Origin: Oscillospiraceae bacterium
GTDB taxonomy: Bacteria; Bacillota; Clostridia; Saccharofermentanales; Saccharofermentanaceae
Reading direction: 5' to 3'
Assembly: GCA_015069205.1 (NCBI GenBank)
Contig: SVIZ01000010.1
Span: forward strand, 15,938 to 79,937
Length of the DNA stretch: 64,000 nt
In this document: positions 38,708 through 46,710 of the stretch, in pieces
How positions within the stretch are numbered: position 1 is the first letter of the stretch
Layout of the letters: the number at the start of each line of letters is the position of its first letter
The notes under the pieces: generated by a model
The model's input: only the letters and a program-made list of their open reading frames with translations
The model's database searches: none
What the model was told of the DNA's origin: nothing
Made by a program: the position numbers and the translations under genes

Positions 38708-40071
38708 TGGCAGTGATAAGTATTCTTTCCAACGGAAGTACACAAGGTCATAAACCGCTCAAGAACGTCCTCGACTACTGCATGCAGGAAGCAAAAACAA
38801 TGAATGACGGACATAAACTCGTGTCAGGGATCGACTGTTTGCCTGAAACGGCATATTCGGACATGATGGCGACAAAGAAGAGATTTGGCAAAACAGGCGG
38901 TCGCGAATACTATCACATCCTTCAGTCGTTTTCTCCAGATGAGCTTCTTACGCCGGAAGAGGCCCATAGGATTGCCTGTGAGTATGCTCAGGAACAATTT
39001 AAGGGTTATGAACTGATCGTTGCTACACACGTCGACAGAGACCATATACACTCGCACATTGTGCTTAACAGTGTCAGCCACATTGATGGAAAGAAATACC
39101 ATTCGGACAAAAATAACATCCCAAGACTACGTGAAGCATCAGATGCACTCTGTATGAAGCATGGTCTTACAGTGATTGGAAAGACAGAAAACGGTCTCCG
39201 GAAGATGGGAACAAGAGAATACAGAGCGGCATCAAAGGGTGAAAGCTGGAAGATCAACCTCATGGCTACGATCAATCTAGCGATGACAAAAGCCAAAACA
39301 AGGAATGATTTCATCAGATTTATGGAGTCGCGCGGATATAAAGTGACGTGGTCTGATACCAGGAAATACATAACTTACACTATCCCGGACGGCAAAAAAT
39401 GCAGAGATAACAAACTACATCTCAAGAAATATACAAAGGAGATGATGGATTATGAATTCGAAATACGACGAAGAATTAACGAGCTTCATCGGCAACGCAG
39501 AGAAGAATCTTATACAGGCAGCAGAACCGACGAAGTGCGTGATGATCTCGGAAGAGAACTGGAAGAGCATCGTCAAGACGTTGGAAGCGCAGTTAAAAGC
39601 GATGGACAGGCTTGGAATGTTACTGAACAGAACACTCACAGCAGAGCAGACGTGCAGTTTTATAAATCAAATGACGGATATTCATATCAAACACGAACAG
39701 TATTGGATGGAAGAACTGACAGGCGAAGCAAAGACTCTGAAGACGGAATTGGAAGAACAATCGAAGAAAATGATGACAGATCTGACCTCACAGGCTGGGA
39801 AAATGAGCGAGCAGTCTGCTACGGATCTGGCCAAGATCAAGATGGAAATGCAAGTTTATTCGGACAGACTGTATCACCGTCTGCTTCTTCCATGCCTTCT
39901 TACGACATTGCTCTCAGCGGTGCTTACCTTATGGCTGGTGCTTCAACTTTGACCGAATCACCGCAAGATAAAGACCGTGACGAGAATGAAATTGCACGTG
40001 AAAAGGCATCCCACGATGACAAAAAGAAGAAACAACGGCATGACGGACATGGTCCGGTAATGACAATGTAA
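38707..40071 (+). CDS. MOBP-type relaxase (MobA/VirD2 family)
   Basis: LDYC (catalytic Tyr), YHILQSFSP, ATHVDRDHIHSHIVLNSV. Confidence 0.92.
   Translation: MAVISILSNGSTQGHKPLKNVLDYCMQEAKTMNDGHKLVSGIDCLPETAYSDMMATKKRFGKTGGREYYHILQSFSPDELLTPEEAHRIACEYAQEQFKGYELIVATHVDRDHIHSHIVLNSVSHIDGKKYHSDKNNIPRLREASDALCMKHGLTVIGKTENGLRKMGTREYRAASKGESWKINLMATINLAMTKAKTRNDFIRFMESRGYKVTWSDTRKYITYTIPDGKKCRDNKLHLKKYTKEMMDYEFEIRRRINELHRQRREESYTGSRTDEVRDDLGRELEEHRQDVGSAVKSDGQAWNVTEQNTHSRADVQFYKSNDGYSYQTRTVLDGRTDRRSKDSEDGIGRTIEENDDRSDLTGWENERAVCYGSGQDQDGNASLFGQTVSPSASSMPSYDIALSGAYLMAGASTLTESPQDKDRDENEIAREKASHDDKKKKQRHDGHGPVMTM
39452..39952 (+). CDS. Overprinted ORF inside the relaxase gene, MobB-like coiled coil with C-terminal TM helix
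   Basis: 166-aa alternative-frame ORF, RBS AAGGAG at 39436-39441, hydrophobic C-terminus LLLPCLLTTLLSAVLTLWLVLQL. Confidence 0.6.
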   Translation: MNSKYDEELTSFIGNAEKNLIQAAEPTKCVMISEENWKSIVKTLEAQLKAMDRLGMLLNRTLTAEQTCSFINQMTDIHIKHEQYWMEELTGEAKTLKTELEEQSKKMMTDLTSQAGKMSEQSATDLAKIKMEMQVYSDRLYHRLLLPCLLTTLLSAVLTLWLVLQL

Positions 40072-40090
40072 ATCATAGGAGGAATTTTAT

Positions 40091-40597
40091 ATGGATAGAA
40101 TTAAGGCAATTAATATTAAAAATATTCTTGTTGAAGAAACTGGCGGGGGTATATATGTTTCTGACCGCGTCTTCGAACGAGAAAAAATGGAAGATTTAGA
40201 CTATATTTCAGAGCTCATTTCAGAGATGATGCGGTTAAAAAATATAAACAACCAAACTACAGATGCATTGCTCATCAATGAGATAAGAATAGTTTTTCCG
40301 GACAGGTTTGTAGAGGCAGCAAACATTATCATGGCTGTTTCATTATTCAAATCGTTCAAAGAACAGGGGTTGCTTACAGAAGATGAATACCTTGAGATTG
40401 TGTCCGACAATGAAAAACGCTGGCGAAATCTCTTATACGGTGATAGTATGACTACTAATAAAGTAGTTTTAAACGGGGGTATATATGAGAAGAAAAGTCG
40501 CAATTTATGCCCGTGTTTCGACCGAACACGAAGAACAGATATCGGCTTTGGAGAATCAGGTTCAGTATTATTCAGAACTTTTGGAGCGTCATCCTGA
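40091..40597 (+). CDS. Hypothetical protein with SHOCT-like segment, overlapping the recombinase start
   Basis: RBS AGGAGG; FKSFKEQGLLTEDEYLEI resembles small proteins found before large serine recombinases. Confidence 0.6.
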   Translation: MDRIKAINIKNILVEETGGGIYVSDRVFEREKMEDLDYISELISEMMRLKNINNQTTDALLINEIRIVFPDRFVEAANIIMAVSLFKSFKEQGLLTEDEYLEIVSDNEKRWRNLLYGDSMTTNKVVLNGGIYEKKSRNLCPCFDRTRRTDIGFGESGSVLFRTFGASS

Positions 40598-42179
40598 GTT
40601 TGAACTCTATGATCGATACATCGATGAGGGCATTACAGGAACATCTGTAAACAAGAGACCAAGCTTCCTCAGAATGATGGAAGACGCAAAGAAGGGGTGT
40701 TTCGATTTGATTATTACGCGCGAGGTCTCGCGATTTGCTCGTAATACTGTCGATACTCTTCTTGAAACACGTAAGCTTAAAGCTATGGGTGTAGAGGTAT
40801 GGTTTACAGAAGATAACATATGGACGTTTGACGATACCGATGGAGAGATAAAGCTTACACTTATGGCAACACTTGCACAGAATGAAAGCAAGAAAATCTC
40901 CACACGTGTTAAAGCCGGTCAGATGATCTCTTTTAAGAATGGCGTTCCGTATGGAAATGGTAATATTCTTGGATACGATAAGCTTCCCAATCATGGCGGA
41001 TATGTGATTAATAAAGAACAAGCAGAGACGGTTAGATTGATTTATGATCTGTATCTTTCTGGAAAAGGCTTGCGCGCAATACAGTTTGAGCTCGAACAAA
41101 GAGGCAGAAAGACGGCGAAAGGATTAAGTCATTGGGATTGTTCTAACATCGGAAGAATATTGAAGAATCCGTTTTATTGCGGAATTCTTGAGTATCGCAA
41201 GCAATATGTACCGGATTATCTTGAACAAAAGAAGATAAATAATCATGGTGCAGTAGAACGAATACGGGTTAAAGGAACCCATGAACCTATAGTTTCCGAA
41301 GTCGAATTTGCCATGGTGCAGGCAAGAATAGAGAATAATGTTCAACCCGCGAACAACAAATCCAAAATCACAGGACGAAAGGAACATGCTGATGTCTGGG
41401 GAGAAAAACTTGTTTGTTATTGTGGAAGAAAGCTGAATCGTGTTAAGTATCATACGACGAAAGACGGAGATATAAAGTATGCATATCAATGTGCATCTCA
41501 AAAAGACACAGGTTCTATAAAAACAAGAATGAATAAAGGTCTGCCTTTGGATGGTGTATGCCGATCTCAGTTTGTTCAGGCATGGAAACTGGAGGCTCAA
41601 GCATCAGTAATATTTGCTCAATTCTTTAACAATAAACAAGCGATTCTGCGTGTGGCAAATGCTATGTTTGAGTCAAACGGGATAGTTGAAGGAAAGAAAA
41701 ACAGCGAAGAAAAAGAACTCAAAAGACTCAATCAGCAAATTGATAAAGCACAAAGTAAGATTGATAAGCTGCTTGATCTTCGATTGTCAGAAGAGATTGA
41801 TCGCGACGACTATGCCAGAAAAAGAGAAGAATTGGATAAACTCATTGCTCAAGCACAAGAGAAGATAGCACAAATATCTAAGTATCAGGCAATGGAAGAC
41901 AGTATCGAAGCTCGTGTAAATGCGATGAAAGAAGTCATTGAAGGTCAAAAAGAATATGACTTTACACGAATACCGGAAGATATAATTAGAGCATTTGTTG
42001 ATAAAATAGTCGTGTACGAGGATTACTTGGAGTGGCACCTGATCTTTGATGAAACAACACAAATGAGACTGTCCTGCACAGGACAAAAAAGGAACCATGA
42101 AGTAGTGTTCTTACTGGATAATCCCCTAAATAGCGGGCCTCAGCACAGGCTGCAATCAAGCACAAGGCTAAATAAATAA
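40485..42179 (+). CDS. Large serine recombinase (integrase), C-terminus altered by attR
   Basis: VAIYARVSTE (catalytic Ser), VSRFARNTVD, LAQNESKKISTRV, LKNPFYCG, zinc ribbon (CYC..C..C), coiled coil. Confidence 0.95.
   Translation: MRRKVAIYARVSTEHEEQISALENQVQYYSELLERHPEFELYDRYIDEGITGTSVNKRPSFLRMMEDAKKGCFDLIITREVSRFARNTVDTLLETRKLKAMGVEVWFTEDNIWTFDDTDGEIKLTLMATLAQNESKKISTRVKAGQMISFKNGVPYGNGNILGYDKLPNHGGYVINKEQAETVRLIYDLYLSGKGLRAIQFELEQRGRKTAKGLSHWDCSNIGRILKNPFYCGILEYRKQYVPDYLEQKKINNHGAVERIRVKGTHEPIVSEVEFAMVQARIENNVQPANNKSKITGRKEHADVWGEKLVCYCGRKLNRVKYHTTKDGDIKYAYQCASQKDTGSIKTRMNKGLPLDGVCRSQFVQAWKLEAQASVIFAQFFNNKQAILRVANAMFESNGIVEGKKNSEEKELKRLNQQIDKAQSKIDKLLDLRLSEEIDRDDYARKREELDKLIAQAQEKIAQISKYQAMEDSIEARVNAMKEVIEGQKEYDFTRIPEDIIRAFVDKIVVYEDYLEWHLIFDETTQMRLSCTGQKRNHEVVFLLDNPLNSGPQHRLQSSTRLNK
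42143..42175 (+). repeat. attR core plus displaced ppdK 3' end (AQAAIKHKAK*)
   Basis: GCA CAG GCT GCA ATC AAG CAC AAG GCT AAA TAA continues the ppdK frame. Confidence 0.88.
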
Positions 42180-42197
42180 TTAACATTAACTTATAAG

Positions 42198-42232
42198 ATA
42201 TGCCCGGAGCGATATGCTTCGGGCATATTTTT
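42198..42232 (+). terminator. Terminator copy 2
   Basis: ATATGCCCGGAGC-gatat-GCTTCGGGCATAT plus TTTT. Confidence 0.9.
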
Positions 42233-42350
42233 ACTTTTGACAAAACACGCCAAAAGCAATTTGTGTTTTTGACAAAAACGCTTATTGTTGCATTGTGTTT
42301 TTGACAGCGACATGATATTCTTCAGATATAATACTGACAGGAGAGCATTT

Positions 42351-43682
42351 ATGGAGCTGAAAAGAAAGTGCGAAAAAGATATTAGATCCTGGTACAGAAA
42401 CAGCACAAAGGCTTTGCTTGTCAAAGGCGCACGACAGGTTGGCAAGACGCATCTGATCAGACGTGTTCTCAAAGAAGAGGGTTGTGATGTTTTCGAAGTG
42501 AATCTTATCGAGACTCCGGAGGCTGTCAGCATTCTTCAGCAAGCCGGGACCGTAGATGAACTGATGATTGGTCTGTCTGCCTTAGGTGGTCAGAGACTCC
42601 AAAAGGGAAAGACTGTAATCTTTATTGACGAGATTCAGAAATATAAGGAAATGGTTACCAAAATCAAATTCCTTGTTGATGACGGAAGTTTCAGATATGT
42701 TCTAAGTGGATCGCTGCTAGGAGTTGAACTGACGAATATCGAATCTGCACCCGTCGGATATCTGTCGACGATTGAGATGTTTCCGCTTGATTTTGAGGAG
42801 TTCCTGCAGATTACTGACATCAGTGACGAGGTGATAGATAGCCTTAGAAGATCGTTTGAGACGCGAAGCGCGGTGTTGGATGCAGTGAATGATAAGATGT
42901 TGAATCTGTTCAGACGTTATCTTGTTGTCGGTGGAATGCCGGAAGCAGTGAGTGTTTTCGCAGATACAAAGAACGTGAAAGACGTTATTACAACACATCA
43001 AGATATAAAGGCTTTATATAAACTGGATTTTACTCAATATGAATCAGATGATAAAAAGCTGATGATTTCAAGTGCGTATGGCCTGATACCGTCGGAACTT
43101 CTGAAACAGAACAGACGATTCATTGTTACGGATCTAAAAAACGGACTTCACTTCGATCGTGTTGAGAGCACCTTCCTATGGCTCTATAATGCCGGAGTTG
43201 CGATACCTGCATTTAACAGCACTGAACCGAGAATACCGCTAAAACTGAATGAAAAACGAAGTCTGTTTAAACTATATCTGTCTGACGTTGGTATGCTTAC
43301 TTCTGAATATGGAATGAGTGCGAAACGCATGCTGATAAGTAATGACAGCAGCCTTAATGCCGGCGGCATATATGAGAATGCGGTTACCCAACAACTGAAA
43401 GCATCCGGTTTTGAAATCTATTACTACAATTCCAACCGACTTGGCGAACTTGACTTTGTGATCGATTATAGCGGCAGTTCCACACCTATCGAAGTGAAGA
43501 GTGGCAAAGACTATGATAAGCACTCTGCCTTGAACAATTGTCTTCAGAATACTGAATATGAGATGAAGGAAGGTTTTGTATTAGCTGATTGTAATATACA
43601 TGCAAAAGGAAAAGTAACATATCTTCCCATTTATATGATTATGTTCATCAAGAATGATTCAGAAGATTACTATTTGAATTGA
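42351..43682 (+). CDS. AAA+ ATPase (AAA_14 plus DUF4143)
   Basis: Walker A GARQVGKT, Walker B FIDEIQ, SGSLLG, GGMPE, KLYLSDVG, ELDFV..IEVKSG; start set to ATG 42351. Confidence 0.9.
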   Translation: MELKRKCEKDIRSWYRNSTKALLVKGARQVGKTHLIRRVLKEEGCDVFEVNLIETPEAVSILQQAGTVDELMIGLSALGGQRLQKGKTVIFIDEIQKYKEMVTKIKFLVDDGSFRYVLSGSLLGVELTNIESAPVGYLSTIEMFPLDFEEFLQITDISDEVIDSLRRSFETRSAVLDAVNDKMLNLFRRYLVVGGMPEAVSVFADTKNVKDVITTHQDIKALYKLDFTQYESDDKKLMISSAYGLIPSELLKQNRRFIVTDLKNGLHFDRVESTFLWLYNAGVAIPAFNSTEPRIPLKLNEKRSLFKLYLSDVGMLTSEYGMSAKRMLISNDSSLNAGGIYENAVTQQLKASGFEIYYYNSNRLGELDFVIDYSGSSTPIEVKSGKDYDKHSALNNCLQNTEYEMKEGFVLADCNIHAKGKVTYLPIYMIMFIKNDSEDYYLN

Positions 43683-43735
43683 AGCATAGACATGACGGAA
43701 AATTTTTTAGGCTAGCCTCGATGTTTACGCCACAT

Positions 43736-43762
43736 CAGGCTGCAATCAAGCACAAGGGCTGA
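43736..43762 (+). repeat. Third copy of the ppdK 3' end / att-like site (QAAIKHKG*)
   Basis: CAGGCTGCAATCAAGCACAAGG (22 bp) identical to 42146-42167; identity begins exactly at the CA dinucleotide. Confidence 0.85.
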
Positions 43763-44072
43763 TACAGGTCATATAACTTGAATTAATTAAGGCGTTGTCT
43801 CAAAAAGCCACAAATTTTCCGGAGTCTTTGACCTCATATCGCAGAAAAATCACAGTAACCGTCATAGCATTGTGAATGCAAATAAGCTTCGGATGATTAA
43901 TCCGGAGCTTTCATTTTGCCTTTAAATTCAAAGAATTCTCAAGTAAGCCGACACATGTGTTCGGATATGTTGCTTATGCAACATTTAGGGCTGACATTAA
44001 CCATTGGATTGCGTTGTTGGAACGGTAATAATGAACTCATCAAACAGAAGATTTAAACAGGAGGACATAACC

Positions 44073-44429
44073 ATGAAGACTTGCAATATGAATATTGAGA
44101 AGAAGGCCATTAAGGAATTAAGCCCTGATGATCTGAATGAAGTTGCCGGAGGTCTTTCCGGTGAAGTAGTACTTGACAGTATATATCTTAATAAGCTGGG
44201 TTTACTCTATGATACTGTCTCAGACATTTATACTCTTTTTCACTGGGGAGAAGCCACTTCATTTGTCGAAGACGGATGGGCAAAGGTCGGAATTACTTGC
44301 GTAACCAGCTATATGAACTGTAACTGTTATTACTATCAAGGTGAAATGATCAGCAGGAACAATGCTTTGAAAATCGCGAGAAATACCTGTATTAAAGGAC
44401 CGCAGATTGGGCCCATGGTTAACAATTGA
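44073..44429 (+). CDS. Double-glycine leader peptide precursor (bacteriocin-like)
   Basis: RBS AGGAGG; leader ends ELSPDDLNEVAGG; about 91-aa predicted mature part. Confidence 0.7.
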   Translation: MKTCNMNIEKKAIKELSPDDLNEVAGGLSGEVVLDSIYLNKLGLLYDTVSDIYTLFHWGEATSFVEDGWAKVGITCVTSYMNCNCYYYQGEMISRNNALKIARNTCIKGPQIGPMVNN

Positions 44430-44463
44430 GTAAGGCTTAATTATACAAGTATTAAGTTATAAG

Positions 44464-44498
44464 ATATGCCCGGAGCGATTTGCTTCGGGCATATTTGT
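44464..44498 (+). terminator. Terminator copy 3
   Basis: ATATGCCCGGAGC-gattt-GCTTCGGGCATAT plus TTGTTTTT; the downstream ~55 bp resemble those after copy 1. Confidence 0.9.
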
Positions 44499-44570
44499 TT
44501 TTCAATTTGTCATTGGGTGTGAATGCTATAATTTATTAAAGTGAATATCGAATCAGGAAAGCAAATCGGA

Positions 44571-45272
44571 ATGATATTAATATTTGACCTTTTCCAAACG
44601 CTTGTTGAAGTCGTCAGGATGGATTTTAATCTCGGATTAAAGCCATTTTGGAATGAGCATTATAAAGATAAGTGTTCTTTTGATGAGATCAGGGCTTATG
44701 GTGAAGAGTTATTCCTTCATATGCAGGGCCTTCATAAACAGGGATTTGAATTTCCTTTCGTAAAAGATGAGCTGCCGTTGTATGCTGAGAGATTCGGCGG
44801 CGATGTTATTAGCATGAGCATAGAAGAAGAGGCAGCGTTTTTAAGCAGGTGCAACGAAGAGAGAGTCTATGACGGACTTCTTGAGATGCTGGATCTTTTC
44901 GCGAAAAAAGAAATACCGATGTATGTACTATCTAACAGCGGTTTTAGAGCAGATGCGCTGCGGCTGATGCTCGATTCTCACGGGATAGGCAAATACTTTA
45001 AAAAGGTATGGTCAAGTGCTGATTTTGGAAAGGTCAAACCATCAGCTGATTTCTTTAATATGGCCATTGGCGAGGTGCTTAGCCAATATCATGATGCAAC
45101 CAGAGAAGATATATTGTTTATCGGCGATACATATGAAACGGATATTGCAGGAGCTCACAATGCCAGCCTCAGGACGGTGTGGATCAACCGGAATGATAAA
45201 CCTGATGACAACGGATTTGCTACATATCAGATCAAGGATATAACCGAACTGAGCAAATCGCATATTGTATAA
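44571..45272 (+). CDS. HAD-superfamily hydrolase
   Basis: IFDLFQTL, VLSN, KPSADFF, FIGDTYETDIAGA. Confidence 0.88.
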   Translation: MILIFDLFQTLVEVVRMDFNLGLKPFWNEHYKDKCSFDEIRAYGEELFLHMQGLHKQGFEFPFVKDELPLYAERFGGDVISMSIEEEAAFLSRCNEERVYDGLLEMLDLFAKKEIPMYVLSNSGFRADALRLMLDSHGIGKYFKKVWSSADFGKVKPSADFFNMAIGEVLSQYHDATREDILFIGDTYETDIAGAHNASLRTVWINRNDKPDDNGFATYQIKDITELSKSHIV

Positions 45273-45463
45273 TGGTGTGATCTTAATGGGATTGAGACTG
45301 CATTATTTATGGCTGACTTTGATGAATTAATAAAAGAAACAAAAAGAGAGAACAGAGTTTTTCTCAGGAATCCTGATGTCAGGCCTGACTATATGAAGTA
45401 TGACCAGCTAAGAGATGTTCAAAGCGAAATCTGTAGAATGGCCCGCATATCAGATGACACGTG

Positions 45464-46336
45464 TCAGAACGACTCTTTCACCTGCGTGAGAAACTTCTCG
45501 GCAATAGGTGTAAAGGTCTGGTACTTATTCCAGATCAGATAGAGTTTGGTTTCCTGCTTCGGGGAGAGCGGACGGAATACGAGTTCGCTTTCTCCGGAAC
45601 AATTTATAAGATGTTCGAAGGTCAGAAGTATTCCAAGACCTTCCTTGGCAAACATCGATGCATTATAAGAAAGACGGAAAGAACCTTCAAGGCGGAGTTT
45701 GGAATACAGATCGCCTGCCCATTCCCGTATCTCGAGATTCCAGCTTTGTTCAGAGCAGAAGAGAGGCTGACCGATCAGGTCTTTAGCTTTGATGCTCTTT
45801 TTCTTTGAAAGAGGATGGCTGTTCAGCATAACGGCGCCCCAGCGGTCAGTGGCCGGAAACGGGAGATATTCGTATTTTTCTCTGTTTGGAAGCTCGCAGA
45901 TCACACCAAAATCAAGAAGGCCTTTATCAAGCTTTTCCGTGACCTGTTCCGTATCGCCGCTGGTAATATGGTAGGTGAATGAGGGATATCTGTCTTTCAA
46001 CTTCTTTATCTCACGCGCGAGCAATGCGATCTGATACGATTCACCGAGCCCGAAATAAATATCACCTCCGGTGATGTCATCAAGGGAGATAAATTCCTGC
46101 TCGATCTTATCAGCCATTGCGATAAGATCTTCAGCGCGGTCACGGAGCAGCATGCCTTCGTCGGTCAGTTTGATGGAGAAACTGTGGCGCGTAAAGAGTT
46201 TCTTACCGAGTTCATCTTCGAGTGCTTTCAATGCCTTGGATAATGTCGGCTGTGTAACATGCAGTATCTCTGCCGCATGGGACATGTTCTCTTCTCTGGC
46301 TACTGCAAGAAAGTATCTGAGGTTCTTTATCTCCAT
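45464..46336 (-). CDS. LysR-family transcriptional regulator
   Basis: MEIKNLRYFLAVAREENMSHAAEILHVTQPTLSKAL; start set to ATG at 46336. Confidence 0.93.
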   Translation of the reverse strand: MEIKNLRYFLAVAREENMSHAAEILHVTQPTLSKALKALEDELGKKLFTRHSFSIKLTDEGMLLRDRAEDLIAMADKIEQEFISLDDITGGDIYFGLGESYQIALLAREIKKLKDRYPSFTYHITSGDTEQVTEKLDKGLLDFGVICELPNREKYEYLPFPATDRWGAVMLNSHPLSKKKSIKAKDLIGQPLFCSEQSWNLEIREWAGDLYSKLRLEGSFRLSYNASMFAKEGLGILLTFEHLINCSGESELVFRPLSPKQETKLYLIWNKYQTFTPIAEKFLTQVKESF

Positions 46337-46467
46337 ATGCTCCCCTTTCTGTGATATTCCAATATGGCATATCACGATATTCATTTTATTCATTAGCGAA
46401 TCTTTTGGCAATCCCATATACTGATCTCAGATGAACAAAAACTATGCATTTGCAAGGAGACCCGGTT

Positions 46468-46686
46468 ATGGATTTGGAAGCGATGATCGGCAGTCTGTCT
46501 GACATAGGGTTAAGCGCTGAACAGCAGAATACGGCTAAGATCCTCTATGGTTCGGGACAGAATACGGAATTGATCAGATATCTTAAGAAGTGCCGGTGCG
46601 GTTTGGTAGATGAGATGCATGAGAGTCAGAAAAAGGTGGACCGGATAGATTATCTGATCCGTAAAGCCGAGAAGGAAATATCATAA
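46468..46686 (+). CDS. Small conserved-looking hypothetical protein
   Basis: RBS AAGGAG; LKKCRCGLVDEMHESQKKVDRIDYLI; first gene of the LysR-divergent operon. Confidence 0.7.
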   Translation: MDLEAMIGSLSDIGLSAEQQNTAKILYGSGQNTELIRYLKKCRCGLVDEMHESQKKVDRIDYLIRKAEKEIS

Positions 46687-46710
46687 TGCCGAGGGAGGTT
46701 TAAAGAGATC

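Larger units (their letters stand above)
34829..42146 (+). mobile_element. Integrative mobilizable element (about 7.3 kb): ECF sigma and lipoprotein cargo, oriT, mobC, MOBP relaxase, large serine recombinase
   Basis: Flanked by a 15-bp direct repeat; mob and recombinase genes inside; no T4SS genes; displaced ppdK-type end (AQAAIKHKAK*) at the right boundary. Confidence 0.88.

Noticed and set aside
43770-44070. Riboswitch upstream of the double-glycine peptide
   Set aside because: Hairpins are present (e.g. 43884-43910) but I could not match c-di-GMP, SAM, T-box or other known consensus motifs
34988-44498. Repeated hairpin as a CRISPR array or integron attC series
   Set aside because: Only three copies, 2.3-7.2 kb apart; no cas genes or integron integrase; no attC-type R/L boxes; better explained as terminators
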